DNA of 64,000 nt from Candidatus Zixiibacteriota bacterium. Its GTDB lineage: Bacteria; Zixibacteria; MSB-5A5; GN15; JAAZOE01. Positions 20,623 to 31,146 of this stretch are shown piece by piece. The position numbers and the translations under genes were made by a program. Each line of letters begins with the position of its first letter. The stretch's first letter is position 1. The stretch is from positions 31,233 through 95,232 of the forward strand of contig JBDREQ010000031.1 in assembly GCA_043819555.1 (NCBI GenBank), in the 5' to 3' direction. The notes beneath the pieces are model-generated. The model saw nothing but the letters and a program-made list of their open reading frames with translations, searched no databases and was not told the origin of the DNA.

Positions 20623-21795
20623 TTACGGATTATCAAGAGTGAAAATCTGAACTCGTCCGTTATGGCCGTCGGCTACATATAGTTTATTTCCGTGCAGGCG
20701 GGCGTCATACGGCGCGAGAAACATTCCCGGGGCGTCGCCTGGACCTGCCAATCCGGATGTTTCCCAACCCATCGTAACGGTACTATCGGATTTTCCGCCC
20801 AGCCATCCGATAAAATGACCGTCAATATCGAATTTCTGAATGCGATGATTGGTGTTGTCGGTTATTATCATGAATTCATTATTGACCAGTTGCAGAGAAA
20901 CCGGGGCATTGAATCCGCCCGGTAAATCCGACGCGGTGGACAGACCGGTGTTTTCCCAGCCGTCGGTCAATCCTCCGGCGGCGCGGCCTCCAATCCAGCC
21001 AAGGAATTGGCCGTCCTGGCTGAATTTCTGGACGCGATGATTTCCCGTTTCGACGACATATAGATTTCCGGCATCATCGACCTGAACCATATGCGGCTTA
21101 AAAAATCCGCCCGGTTCGTACGATATTTGTGCCGAACCGGTATCGGCGAAACCGTTGGTCATGGCGCCCGAAGCGTATTGGCCCATCCACCCGATTAGAT
21201 CTCCGGCCGGATTAAATTTGAAAATCCGATGAGCGTTAAAATCGCTGACCCAGAGATTAAAATCATTATCAAAATTCGCATTGGCGCAACCGTCAAAACC
21301 GAGTTCCGGGCGGGACGGAGGATCAAAAAACAATCCTTTAAATATGCCCAATGAAGAATAAATATGGACGCGTCCGTTCAGATAGTCGGCAACATAGATA
21401 TTGCCGGCCCGGTCAAAATCAACCGAGTGCGGCATATTCAACATGCCTATTTCGGTTCCTCGGTCAGGCTGGCCGGAGAAATGCCACCCTGATTCGGAAT
21501 TGGCAACGCCTTCGACCATGCCGAGCCATCCTCTGAATTGCAGACGGCGATCAAATCGCACGACGCGGCCTTCTTTCAGTTCGGAAACGTAGATGTCTCC
21601 GCTGGGTTTGACGGTTATTCCATACGGCCCGACGAAGCCAGAAATGATGTTAAGTCCTCCGCCATCATATTCCGCGTTTTCCGTTGTCCACTGCGATTCA
21701 ATTAACATTAAGTCGAAAAGCCTCTTGCATGATACCAGACTGAGTAGAATAATTCCCAGCAGTATAACGCTTTTATATTTGTTAGAAAAAGACAT
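20623..21795 (-). CDS. NHL-repeat beta-propeller lipoprotein
   Basis: Lipobox LVSC; repeated P..V.VD..GN.YVAD..N.R.Q.F units. Confidence 0.85.
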   Translation of the reverse strand: MSFSNKYKSVILLGIILLSLVSCKRLFDLMLIESQWTTENAEYDGGGLNIISGFVGPYGITVKPSGDIYVSELKEGRVVRFDRRLQFRGWLGMVEGVANSESGWHFSGQPDRGTEIGMLNMPHSVDFDRAGNIYVADYLNGRVHIYSSLGIFKGLFFDPPSRPELGFDGCANANFDNDFNLWVSDFNAHRIFKFNPAGDLIGWMGQYASGAMTNGFADTGSAQISYEPGGFFKPHMVQVDDAGNLYVVETGNHRVQKFSQDGQFLGWIGGRAAGGLTDGWENTGLSTASDLPGGFNAPVSLQLVNNEFMIITDNTNHRIQKFDIDGHFIGWLGGKSDSTVTMGWETSGLAGPGDAPGMFLAPYDARLHGNKLYVADGHNGRVQIFTLDNP

Positions 21796-21929
21796 AATAT
21801 TATCCCCCGTCAAAAATCCGTTGTATCATAGATATATTATTTATCGGGCATTCGGCCGATAAAATCAATAGGCTGTGAGCCAAATAATTCTACTTAAGAA
21901 AATTGGAATGTGTGCCGAAAAAGTGTTAG

Positions 21930-21959
21930 TTGACATTTTCTATAACGGGGGCATATAAT
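21930..21959 (+). promoter_or_regulatory. Sigma70 promoter
   Basis: TTGACA-N18-TATAAT upstream of the amidotransferase operon. Confidence 0.7.
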
Positions 21960-21995
21960 CACTATCGCGATATCGAATAATGTCTCTTAAAATAA

Positions 21996-23243
21996 GTGAC
22001 CAATCGCAAAGGAGGGTGTGTTATCAAAACGCAAATAACTGTCAAAAAGCGCGAAACTAATCGCATTGTTGCCGGAAAAAGCGAATATATTCGTTATTGT
22101 ACCCGCTGTGTGATGCCGGAAACCAAACCGGATCTGTATATCGATGAAGAGGGAGTTTGTAACGCCTGCCGCAGTTTTGAAAACCGGGCGGTCGTGGATT
22201 GGGATACCCGCAAAACTGAACTGCAGGAGATTCTCGAAAAGTACCGCAACAAAAACAGCACCAATTATGATTGTATTGTCCCCGTAAGCGGGGGGAAGGA
22301 CAGCACTTTCCAGACAGTCAAACTTCTGGAAATGGGCATGAATCCGTTGTGCGTAACATCAACGACATGCAAACTATCGGAAATCGGCAGGAATAACATT
22401 GAGAATTTGAAAATGCGCGGTGTTGATTATGTTGAATTTACCACCAATCCGCTGGTACGCCGCAAAATTAATCGTATTAGTTTGCAGCAAATAGGCGATA
22501 TTTCATGGCCGGAACATTTGACGATTTTCACAATTCCGGTTCGCCTGGCGGTACAAATGAATATCCCACTCCTGATTTGGGGTGAAAATTCGCAGAATGA
22601 ATATGGCGGTCCGGCTGCCGATGCCGACAGTAATATTCTCGACCGGAGATGGCTGGAAGAATTCGGCGGTCTTCTTGGTTTGCGTGTGACCGATTTAATC
22701 GGACAGGAAGATATCAAGGCAAGCCATATTGTCAGCTATACTTACCCGACGGATGAAGAGCTAAAAAAAGTCGGAGTCACGGGATTGTTCCTCGGATATT
22801 ATTTCCCCTGGGATGGTTATACCAATGCACTTTTTTCGCAGGGTTATGGCATGCAGACATATCCGACAGCAATTGAAGGTTCCTTGGTCAATTATGAAAA
22901 CCTGGATAATCTGCAAACGGGGATTCATGATTATTTCAAATATATCAAGTACGGTTTCGGACGCACTACTGATTTTTGCTGCCTGCATCTCAGGCGGGGA
23001 AGACTGACGCGCGAGGATGCCATTGAACTGGTCAAAATGCGCGATGGCAAATTCCCGTGGACCTATCTGGGGGTTTCCATCGAAGATATTCTAAAAGATA
23101 TAGATATGGCGATTGATGAGTTTATTACGATTTGTGATCGCTTCACCAATAAGCGTCTTTTCAAATGCGATGCCCGCGGCAACCTCATCAAAGACCGCGA
23201 CGGCAATCTGACCAAAATTAACTATGACAACATGGATAAGTAA
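21996..23243 (+). CDS. N-acetyl sugar amidotransferase (WbuX/PseA family)
   Basis: CTRCVMPETKP, CNAC, PP-loop VSGGKDS, WGEN..EYGG, HDYFKYIKYGFGR. Confidence 0.92.
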   Translation: MTNRKGGCVIKTQITVKKRETNRIVAGKSEYIRYCTRCVMPETKPDLYIDEEGVCNACRSFENRAVVDWDTRKTELQEILEKYRNKNSTNYDCIVPVSGGKDSTFQTVKLLEMGMNPLCVTSTTCKLSEIGRNNIENLKMRGVDYVEFTTNPLVRRKINRISLQQIGDISWPEHLTIFTIPVRLAVQMNIPLLIWGENSQNEYGGPAADADSNILDRRWLEEFGGLLGLRVTDLIGQEDIKASHIVSYTYPTDEELKKVGVTGLFLGYYFPWDGYTNALFSQGYGMQTYPTAIEGSLVNYENLDNLQTGIHDYFKYIKYGFGRTTDFCCLHLRRGRLTREDAIELVKMRDGKFPWTYLGVSIEDILKDIDMAIDEFITICDRFTNKRLFKCDARGNLIKDRDGNLTKINYDNMDK

Positions 23244-23860
23244 TGAGTGAAGTTGCCATAGTCGATTATGGAATGTGTAATCTCGATTCGATTGGGCGGG
23301 CTGTCGAAGAATGCGGCGGCCGCCCGATAATTACCGAAAATCCCGATGATTTGAAAACGGCCTCCCATATTATCCTGCCCGGCGTGGGTGCCTTTCCCAA
23401 CGGTATGAAAAACCTGGTTGAACGAGGCTTTGCCAAGGTTCTCAATAAAGAAGTTCTCGAAAACGGCGTTCCGTTTCTCGGTATCTGTCTGGGGATGCAG
23501 CTCATGGCCCGGAAAAGTCACGAAGGCGGTTCAACCGAGGGATTGGGCTGGATCGACGGTGATGTGCTTAAATTGGAACCGTACGGCGAAGATACGCGTA
23601 TTCCGCATATTGCCTGGAATGAAGTCTATCCCGAAGGACAGCCGGTTATATTCGAAAATATCGAACCGGGCAAAGATTTTTATTTTGTGCATAGTTATCA
23701 TCTGGCCTGCGAGAATAAGAATCAAGTATTGGCTACAACTCCATACGCGGCCGGATTCGTGTCGGCTGTAGGATATGATAATATCTTTGGGGTTCAGTTT
23801 CACCCTGAGAAAAGCCAGAAGGTTGGTTTTCAGGTTCTCCGCAATTTTCTATCATTGTAG
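23243..23860 (+). CDS. HisH-like glutaminase subunit (WbuY-type)
   Basis: PGVGAF, GICLGMQ, YFVHSY, QFHPEKS; coupled to the amidotransferase. Confidence 0.9.
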   Translation: MSEVAIVDYGMCNLDSIGRAVEECGGRPIITENPDDLKTASHIILPGVGAFPNGMKNLVERGFAKVLNKEVLENGVPFLGICLGMQLMARKSHEGGSTEGLGWIDGDVLKLEPYGEDTRIPHIAWNEVYPEGQPVIFENIEPGKDFYFVHSYHLACENKNQVLATTPYAAGFVSAVGYDNIFGVQFHPEKSQKVGFQVLRNFLSL

Positions 23861-23869
23861 CGAGGTCAA

Positions 23870-24631
23870 ATGTCGGTCAAAATTCGAGTAATGCCCACTT
23901 TGTTATACAAAGACCTCGGTTTGGTCAAGGGCAAGGGTTTTGACTCATGGAGGCGTTTCGGCGGCGTCATGCAGGCGGTCAAAGTATATAATATGCGGGA
24001 GGTCGATGAGCTTGTATTCGTCGATGTCACGGCAACCAACCAGGGGCGCGAACCTGATTATGAAATCGTTGATGAAATCGCTGATGAATGTTTTATGCCG
24101 TTGACGGTAGGCGGCGGAATAAAATCGGTTGAGCATGTTCGCCGGCTTCTGATGGTCGGGGCCGATAAGATCGCGATTAATTCCGAAATAGTCGAAAATC
24201 CCGAACTAATCCGGCGGGTGGCCCGCAAATTCGGTTCGCAGTGCATGGTTGCTTCCATAGATTTCAGATGCCATGAAAACGGCAAATATGAAGTGTTTAC
24301 CCAATCGGGGACCAAACCAACGGGTCTCGATCCGGTCGAGTGGGCCAAAACCGTTGAGGAATACGAAGCCGGAGAAATCCTGTTGACGTCGGTTGAACGC
24401 GATGGGACTATGATCGGATATGACGTTGAATTGACTCAAAAGGTATCTGAGGCCGTTTCAATACCGGTTATCGCATCCGGTGGAGCCGGAGAATATGAAC
24501 ATATGGCTCAGGTATTGAGCGAAGGCCAGGCATCAGCCGTGGCCGCCGGCGCCATTTATCATTACACGCAGCGAACCCCGCTTGAAGCCAAGAAATATCT
24601 TAAGGAACACGGCTTTAACGTTCGCATCTAA
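23870..24631 (+). CDS. HisF-like cyclase paralog (WbuZ-type)
   Basis: VKG..F, VDELVFVD, MPLTVGGG, GEILLTS..RDGT, IASGGAG; polysaccharide context. Confidence 0.9.
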   Translation: MSVKIRVMPTLLYKDLGLVKGKGFDSWRRFGGVMQAVKVYNMREVDELVFVDVTATNQGREPDYEIVDEIADECFMPLTVGGGIKSVEHVRRLLMVGADKIAINSEIVENPELIRRVARKFGSQCMVASIDFRCHENGKYEVFTQSGTKPTGLDPVEWAKTVEEYEAGEILLTSVERDGTMIGYDVELTQKVSEAVSIPVIASGGAGEYEHMAQVLSEGQASAVAAGAIYHYTQRTPLEAKKYLKEHGFNVRI

Positions 24632-24661
24632 AACACCAATATAAACCAATAATCATTGAGG

Positions 24662-26176
24662 TTAAGTAATTTTATTTTTCAGGGCGGCTAATCTGCCCCA
24701 GAGGAAAGCTTTTTCTTCTCCATTGAGAAGGTACTTGTAATTTATCAGATAATTGGCGATAAGGGTAACCGCGATGCATGAAATTATTGGAATCATCTGT
24801 CCTTTGAAAACGTATCTCAGCGCGAAATGCATCAGCATGAATAATACACTGGTGAAGGCAATTGGAAAGAGAGGTTTAATGGCATCGCCGAGTTGGAATT
24901 TTAGAAATTTCTTCATTGCCAGAAGATATGGGATTAGACCGAAGGCTTCACCGCAGAATGCCCCGATCATGAGGCCGGGCAGGCCGATAAATTGAAGAAG
25001 ACTCAGGCTTAATCCTACATTTATTATGGTCGATACAATCGCGATCCAGATCGTTTGTTTGACTTTTTCCAGACCGACAACCATTGTTGAGGCTACCGAA
25101 GGAATCGGCAATACTATATATACCGCCAGCAATATCAAAGCCATGTACGCATGAGGCACGAATTCTTCCCCAACCCAAAGACGCAAAAGATCATTTATAT
25201 ACACGCCCATGACGGCAACAATTGGAAGAATTATCAGATACGCATAGCGAGTCAGATTAATGAATAAGGTGCTGATCGATTTCAAGTCTTTGAGCTGGTG
25301 CAGACGGGCAACTTCGGGGACAATGGCAGAATTAAGGACGCTCATAACCAGCCTCAAAAGATTTGCGGGCCGTGAAACGACGTCGAAAACTGTCATGCTG
25401 GATACGGTCAGGTACAGCCAAATCAGGAACTTGGGAGACTGATTGCAAATCAGGCCTATAATTCGGTTGATAAACAATATGGAGCTATAGTTGACCAAAG
25501 TTCTGAGAAGTTTCCAGTCAAAGTGAACACGCATTTTTCTGAAATATGAAAGCTTAAAAGCGAAAATGTATAGCAGGATGAGCAGCATTATAAAAGTCAG
25601 GCCGGCAATTATCGCAAAGGCGTATTCGATGCGCTGATACTTGACGGCAATGAAGATAATAAGCAGATAACGGGCGGTTGTGATAATCGAGCTTAGTAAT
25701 TTGGTAATCACGAAGCGTCGCATACCCTGCAAAACTGCCATAAAGGGAACTGTCAGGAATTGCAAAAATATGTTTATTGAAATAAATGAAATCGCGCGGC
25801 GAATGCTGACAATACCAATCGTGCCATTTTCTTCGATTAACCTCCCCGCGATAATGTCGCCCGCCAGATAAATTCCAATTCCCAAAATTAAACCCAGGAG
25901 CGCATAGTATAATATTGAGGCCGACAACGTATCCTGTAATTTGCGCTTATCCTTATCGGCGTCAAAACGGGCCACATAATTCATCAGCGATCCTTCCATT
26001 CCCAAATCGAAGAATGAAAGAGCTCCGTATATGCTGAATATGCTGAGGAACACGAAGGCGCCGTATCCGTCAACACCGAAATGTTTAATCAGAATAGGTG
26101 TCGCCAGAAGGTTAAGAACAATCAGGACGAAATAATCTAATGACGTAAAGACGGTATTTTTAAATAATCTTTTCAT
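24662..26176 (-). CDS. wzx: Oligosaccharide flippase (Wzx)
   Basis: About 12-14 hydrophobic segments, TP.LI..FG..GYG, FDLG; located in a polysaccharide cluster. Confidence 0.85.
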   Translation of the reverse strand: MKRLFKNTVFTSLDYFVLIVLNLLATPILIKHFGVDGYGAFVFLSIFSIYGALSFFDLGMEGSLMNYVARFDADKDKRKLQDTLSASILYYALLGLILGIGIYLAGDIIAGRLIEENGTIGIVSIRRAISFISINIFLQFLTVPFMAVLQGMRRFVITKLLSSIITTARYLLIIFIAVKYQRIEYAFAIIAGLTFIMLLILLYIFAFKLSYFRKMRVHFDWKLLRTLVNYSSILFINRIIGLICNQSPKFLIWLYLTVSSMTVFDVVSRPANLLRLVMSVLNSAIVPEVARLHQLKDLKSISTLFINLTRYAYLIILPIVAVMGVYINDLLRLWVGEEFVPHAYMALILLAVYIVLPIPSVASTMVVGLEKVKQTIWIAIVSTIINVGLSLSLLQFIGLPGLMIGAFCGEAFGLIPYLLAMKKFLKFQLGDAIKPLFPIAFTSVLFMLMHFALRYVFKGQMIPIISCIAVTLIANYLINYKYLLNGEEKAFLWGRLAALKNKIT

Positions 26177-27429
26177 TGAATCATCGTGTCAATAGCTTCA
26201 AAAAACCGAGAGCTGACATGCCCATCCGGTTTATGCAGATATTTATTAATGAACGCTTCGCGTTTTTTTATGTTTTCTTCAGAAAAATTGAAATCTTTGC
26301 GGTCTTGATTAAAAAACCGCTGGCATATCTTTTTGAAATCTTCAAAAGATTTTGCAGTAACGATTCCGGGAGCATCATGAAAAGGAAGGATATCGTTTAT
26401 TAAATCGCGGTAATTTTCATCCCAGCAGGTATAGATCACTTTTTTATTCATAAACATTGCTTCAATAACACCGGTTGTTTGAAAGGCAATGATTAATTCC
26501 GATCGTTGAATAAGCTCGTTAGCAACCGCCGCGCCGCCAATAACAGCCAGATTATCAAGCTGATATTTTTCATGCAAAAAGGCCAGATCGGATTGCTGAG
26601 GATGGGTTTTGATTACAAAATTGTATTTTGGATTGCCCTTGGCCAAATCGAAAATAAAATCATGAGTTTCGGTTTTCATTGTATTCCAATTAATTCCCTG
26701 CCGGGCAAGATATGGCGGGACATAGGCCGTATCTTCGTATGAAAACAAGGTTATCAATGGTCTGGAACTATTAAAATACTTATCGATCGCCTCATTTTGC
26801 TGGCAATGAAATAAATCCGAACGGGGCTGGCCCAAAACGGTAATCAATTTTTCGGGAACTCCGATTTTTTGCCAGTATTGTTTTTGCCTGTCACTCCACA
26901 CGAAAATATGATCGGATATAAAAGGTGCTCGTTCGCGTATCCGTTTTGCCTCGGCGTCAAAATCAAAGGGAGATATCAATCCTTCTTTATCAATCACGAA
27001 AGTTTTGATATCATGATCATGCCCGACGGCAATCAATTCCCGAATCCACCAGAAAATATCGGATGGAGTAATTATCAAGTTGATATTAAAACGGCGATTC
27101 AGGAGTTTAAAGATATGCCGGCATTCCGTCTTCCATGCCCGGCGGTTGGCTTCACTTTCATTGACATAGGGAGCATTAATTTGAATAACATCATTTGAAA
27201 AAAACAGTTTGCCTCCTCGCACCAGGCGAGGCGCATCCACGATTATAAAATTATACTTTTCATTGACTCGAGCCAGCGCGAATAAATCCTGGTCATAGAA
27301 ATGATTCAAAGCCAGAATTGTCTTTTTGGCCGGATCATATTCCGGATTTAGTCCATTGATATATTTGCCGACCAGATAGCGGTAGATGATTCTTTTGATC
27401 TGGCGAATCAAATTATTCGGCTGCTCCAT
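26173..27429 (-). CDS. Putative GT-B glycosyltransferase, candidate pseudaminyl transferase
   Basis: D.IFVWS, VLGQPRSD, IKTHP, TT.VIEAMFMNKKVI resemble CMP-sugar/CDP-glycerol GT-B transferases; lies between pseI and wzx. Confidence 0.6.
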   Translation of the reverse strand: MEQPNNLIRQIKRIIYRYLVGKYINGLNPEYDPAKKTILALNHFYDQDLFALARVNEKYNFIIVDAPRLVRGGKLFFSNDVIQINAPYVNESEANRRAWKTECRHIFKLLNRRFNINLIITPSDIFWWIRELIAVGHDHDIKTFVIDKEGLISPFDFDAEAKRIRERAPFISDHIFVWSDRQKQYWQKIGVPEKLITVLGQPRSDLFHCQQNEAIDKYFNSSRPLITLFSYEDTAYVPPYLARQGINWNTMKTETHDFIFDLAKGNPKYNFVIKTHPQQSDLAFLHEKYQLDNLAVIGGAAVANELIQRSELIIAFQTTGVIEAMFMNKKVIYTCWDENYRDLINDILPFHDAPGIVTAKSFEDFKKICQRFFNQDRKDFNFSEENIKKREAFINKYLHKPDGHVSSRFFEAIDTMIQ

Positions 27430-27469
27430 CCCGTATTAAACATCTTCCCTGATGTTTTGATTTAACTAC

Positions 27470-28522
27470 TTACCCAACCAGATCCCAGTCAACCGGCGTA
27501 CCTTTTTTTACATCGCGGTTTACGCGCTTCCCCATCAGACGTTCAATATGTTTGGGAGGCAATCCCAGGCCGGGTCTGATAGCCCTTAGGTTTCGAGGAT
27601 TGAATTCGTCGCCCGCTTTCATATCTTCCACGACATATATAGACCGCCGGAACTGGAGTGATTTCTTTTCCTTTTCGGTCGGTCCGTAACTGATGTGTCC
27701 CAGAGCCTGCCAGGCTCGCTTTGATTCAATGACCAGGGTTTTCATCTCTTCCGGCTCCAGCGAAAATGCCGAATCGACTCCGCCATCGGCGCGGGCAAGA
27801 GTAAAGTGTTTTTCCAACACTGTCGCACCCAGGGCAATGGCCGCGATTGCTGCGCCGGTACCCATCGTATGATCTGACAGTCCAACCAGGATGTCAAACA
27901 TATCACGCATATGGGGGATGGTTCGTAAATTTGTGTTTTCGGGCGAGGCCGGATATGAACTGGTACATTTCAATAAAATTATATCATTGCAACCGTTCAA
28001 TCGCGCGGTACGCATAGTTTCATCGAGTTCGGAAATTTGAGCCATGCCGGTCGATATAATCATCGGTTTTCCGGTCGCGGCAATACGTTTGATAAGCGGC
28101 AAATCAGTGTTTTCAAATGAAGCGACCTTATAGCAGGCGACATCCAGTTCTTCCAGAAAATCGACGGCGCTGTCATCAAATGGAGTGCTGAAAGGAATCA
28201 TGCCGTGTTCTCTGGCGCGGTCAAATATCTTAGAGTGCCACTCCCAGGGAGTATAGGCTTCATTATAAAGTTTATGCAATGATTTACCGGTCCAAAGGCT
28301 GTTTTTATCCTCAATGCGAAATTCGCCTTCGTCAAGATCGATTGTCATTGTATCGGCCGTATAGGTTTGGATTTTCAAGGCGTCAGCCCCGGTTTCGGCC
28401 GCGGCATCGACAATTTGAAGAGCTCGCTCCAAAGATTGATTATGATTACCCGACATTTCGGCGATTATAAAAGGCGGATGGTCCGAACCTATTATCCGAC
28501 CGGCAATATTTATATCTTGCAT
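27470..28522 (-). CDS. pseI: Pseudaminic acid synthase
   Basis: IIAEMSGNHNQS, KIQTYTADTMT, LKCTSSYP, GLSDHT, EKHFTL, SAF domain. Confidence 0.95.
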   Translation of the reverse strand: MQDINIAGRIIGSDHPPFIIAEMSGNHNQSLERALQIVDAAAETGADALKIQTYTADTMTIDLDEGEFRIEDKNSLWTGKSLHKLYNEAYTPWEWHSKIFDRAREHGMIPFSTPFDDSAVDFLEELDVACYKVASFENTDLPLIKRIAATGKPMIISTGMAQISELDETMRTARLNGCNDIILLKCTSSYPASPENTNLRTIPHMRDMFDILVGLSDHTMGTGAAIAAIALGATVLEKHFTLARADGGVDSAFSLEPEEMKTLVIESKRAWQALGHISYGPTEKEKKSLQFRRSIYVVEDMKAGDEFNPRNLRAIRPGLGLPPKHIERLMGKRVNRDVKKGTPVDWDLVG

Positions 28523-28524
28523 AA

Positions 28525-29082
28525 TTAGCCATCTCTTTCGAAAAAAAGTTTTATCAACGATGGTTTTATATCGCGCCATCCATCCTCGAGTATAGCCAAC
28601 GTTACGACATCCTCATATTTTCCATCTTTTAAAACATAATCACGAAGGCGGCCTTCTTCAATAAATCCCAGCCGCTTATGATATTTGACGCTATCGGAAT
28701 TAAAGGCAAAAGCCTCGCCGACGATGCGGTGGAATTCAAGCTTTTCAAACAGATGCTCCAGGGCAAAAAACCCCATAGCGGACCCGCTTCCCCGAGGGGC
28801 ATTTTCTGCGCCGATGTAAAAACCCCAGACACATTTTTTATTTTCATTATCAATATTTGTTATATTGACAACCCCCAGAGGTATGCCATTCGTTTCAAAA
28901 ATAAAATGAAGTGATTTTTTCTCAGCACTAATTTTCTCAAACCATTTTTGATGCTCGTCGAATGAGATAATATGCGAAGTGTACATATTTTCACGAATCC
29001 GTTCGCTATTTCTCCACTTGAGGACGAGATCCAAATCGCCGCGCTCAATAGGTCTGATTTGATATTGATCACGCCAATTCAT
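28525..29082 (-). CDS. pseH: UDP-4-amino-4,6-dideoxy-AltNAc N-acetyltransferase
   Basis: GNAT: WRNS..IR..M, EHQKWF, WGFY, HKRLGF; context. Confidence 0.9.
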   Translation of the reverse strand: MNWRDQYQIRPIERGDLDLVLKWRNSERIRENMYTSHIISFDEHQKWFEKISAEKKSLHFIFETNGIPLGVVNITNIDNENKKCVWGFYIGAENAPRGSGSAMGFFALEHLFEKLEFHRIVGEAFAFNSDSVKYHKRLGFIEEGRLRDYVLKDGKYEDVVTLAILEDGWRDIKPSLIKLFFERDG

Positions 29083-30184
29083 TACGCACTTCTTTCATGG
29101 CCTCATAAACTTTTTCGACTCCCGGACGGGGATCATCACCGAATAGGTTTAAGGCGCGCCGGCTCATGGCAATCATTTCATTGGGATTGGCGATGGCAAA
29201 TTCGATAGCGCTTCTGATTTTTGTCGCCGTGACATCGGTATGAAAGCCGAGGTTCCAGGCCGTGCCGGTCCGGTGCAAAGCCTCGGCCCCGCTTTTTTGA
29301 TTTTCGGCCAGGACAATGACTATTGACGGCAAACCCAGCCAGGCGCGCTCCCATGAGGTCGTTCCCGCGGCTCCAATGGCCAGATCCGCCCGCGCCATCA
29401 GTTCGGCCATGTTATTAACATTACGGAGAATCCTGCATGTTTTCAGATTTTTACTAATTTTCTTTATCTCTTCATAATACAAATTGTTCATTCCGACTAT
29501 AATATCGATGTGTAAATTTTCGGAATCGCATTGTGCTACGGCTTCGATAGCCTTGACGGTTAAATTATCGTTATCAACTCCTCCGAAAAAGATTAATAAA
29601 TTATTAACCTGGCCATTATGCTCTTTTAATGATTTTTTAATATCAATAAATTCAGGCCTTAAAAGCGCGAATTCGGGCCCGATTAATCTGACGCATTGGT
29701 CGGGTACCAGGTCGCCGTACCGGCCATTCATATTTCCATTCAGATTTTGATCCAACAGTAAATCGCATTCGTATTTTCGGTTGGCCAGATCATCAATGAC
29801 CATTATTTTTTTGCAATGAGGTTTTAGTTCTTTATGCCAACTCTTATCCAAGGCGTAATGATCAATGATTAACCAGTCAATATTAGTATTTTTTGACAGC
29901 ATTTGTGAAGTTTGCTTCGCGTCAAATCTGGCCGATACTGTCAGCCAGTTTTCATAACCTTTCAGATGCTCGGGATCAGCATCCCCGTCAGGAAGCATAA
30001 GAGTTTCAACCGCAAATCCCCTCTGCTCAATATATGAAATCATATTGCCGGGGAGGTCTCGACAGATAAAATCGGCCGAGTTTCCCTGAGAACAAAGATA
30101 ATCGGCCAAGGTCAGGCATCTCATGACATGCCCGCTTCCAATTTGACCCGACGCGTCGGTACGAATAATTACATCCACCTCCAA
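29069..30184 (-). CDS. pseG: UDP-2,4-diacetamido-2,4,6-trideoxy-altropyranose hydrolase
   Basis: IGSGHVMRCL.LA, IDHY, IDDLA, DQN, GTTSWER, AENQ. Confidence 0.93.
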   Translation of the reverse strand: MEVDVIIRTDASGQIGSGHVMRCLTLADYLCSQGNSADFICRDLPGNMISYIEQRGFAVETLMLPDGDADPEHLKGYENWLTVSARFDAKQTSQMLSKNTNIDWLIIDHYALDKSWHKELKPHCKKIMVIDDLANRKYECDLLLDQNLNGNMNGRYGDLVPDQCVRLIGPEFALLRPEFIDIKKSLKEHNGQVNNLLIFFGGVDNDNLTVKAIEAVAQCDSENLHIDIIVGMNNLYYEEIKKISKNLKTCRILRNVNNMAELMARADLAIGAAGTTSWERAWLGLPSIVIVLAENQKSGAEALHRTGTAWNLGFHTDVTATKIRSAIEFAIANPNEMIAMSRRALNLFGDDPRPGVEKVYEAMKEVRNELA

Positions 30185-30264
30185 TAATCCTCCAATAAAC
30201 AGAGTATTGTTGTGGATACCGATTGTCCACTAAAATCTATTCTGCTCATTAATATGACAGGGAT

Positions 30265-30292
30265 AAAAAAGGGCCGGGATTTTGCCCGGCCC
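30265..30292 (-). terminator. Intrinsic terminator between pseF and pseG
   Basis: Minus strand GGGCCGGG-CAAAAT-CCCGGCCC followed by a T-run. Confidence 0.75.
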
Positions 30293-30342
30293 AACCATAG
30301 TAACGTATCAAGAAGAGAATCTATATGCTTATTAACGCCCCT

Positions 30343-31146
30343 TTAGGTTTCAATTATGTTCTTCTCCAGAAATATTATATCTTCCCTGATTGATTTTTCA
30401 TATCCGACTCCGTGAATTATATCATAATTCAGGCTCATGAGTTCCGGTCTTCTCTCTAGTAATCTTAAAACATCATTGGTTGTGAAAGCCGGATTATCCG
30501 GATATAATGATTCAAATACCTTCAGGACAAATTCAAAATCCTGCGGTTCATCTACTGTCCAGCGATGATGCGATAAGTCGATGTCGTTGGAAAATTGCCC
30601 GATGGAAAATATTTCCGGATGATTGTGGAAATACGGCGTGACATGTTCCCGCTCGGACGGCAAGACCGCATTCTCCCCAGCCTTTTTGAGATGGTGTGAG
30701 TAAAATATCTCAAAATCAAGACCAATCGGGAAAGTTCTCTCAACGGTATTACTGAGATAATCAAAATCACTATTTATAAAGCGTTTAATTCCATGATCAA
30801 TGATTTTTGGATCAGCCAGCGGGCAATCGCCCGTTAGACGAACTATTATATCAGATGGAAACTCAAGGCTGGCCCGGTAGAAACGATCCAGGACGTCATT
30901 CAAACTGCCCCGATAAAAATCCACCCCAAGATTATCACATAGATCGCAAATGGGAGAATCGTCTTTTTGATCGCTAGTGGCAACTATAAGTTTGTCAATT
31001 TTACATGACCGCGACAATCGCCCGAGATGATACTCCAGCATCGGCCGGCCCATTATCGGCCGCAATACTTTTCCCGGCAAGCGGGAAGAGGACATCCGGG
31101 CCTGCAATATTGCAACGACGCTATATGATGACTTTTTTTCCATCAT
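30343..31146 (-). CDS. pseF: SpsF-type cytidylyltransferase (PseF role)
   Basis: QARMSSSRLPGKVL, RGSLNDVLDRF, RLTGDCP, REHVT, RWTVD. Confidence 0.85.
   Translation of the reverse strand: MMEKKSSYSVVAILQARMSSSRLPGKVLRPIMGRPMLEYHLGRLSRSCKIDKLIVATSDQKDDSPICDLCDNLGVDFYRGSLNDVLDRFYRASLEFPSDIIVRLTGDCPLADPKIIDHGIKRFINSDFDYLSNTVERTFPIGLDFEIFYSHHLKKAGENAVLPSEREHVTPYFHNHPEIFSIGQFSNDIDLSHHRWTVDEPQDFEFVLKVFESLYPDNPAFTTNDVLRLLERRPELMSLNYDIIHGVGYEKSIREDIIFLEKNIIET

Noticed and set aside
23243..24631. hisH/hisF as histidine biosynthesis genes
   Set aside because: Coupled to an N-acetyl-sugar amidotransferase beside pse genes with no other his genes; better read as WbuY/WbuZ-type paralogs.
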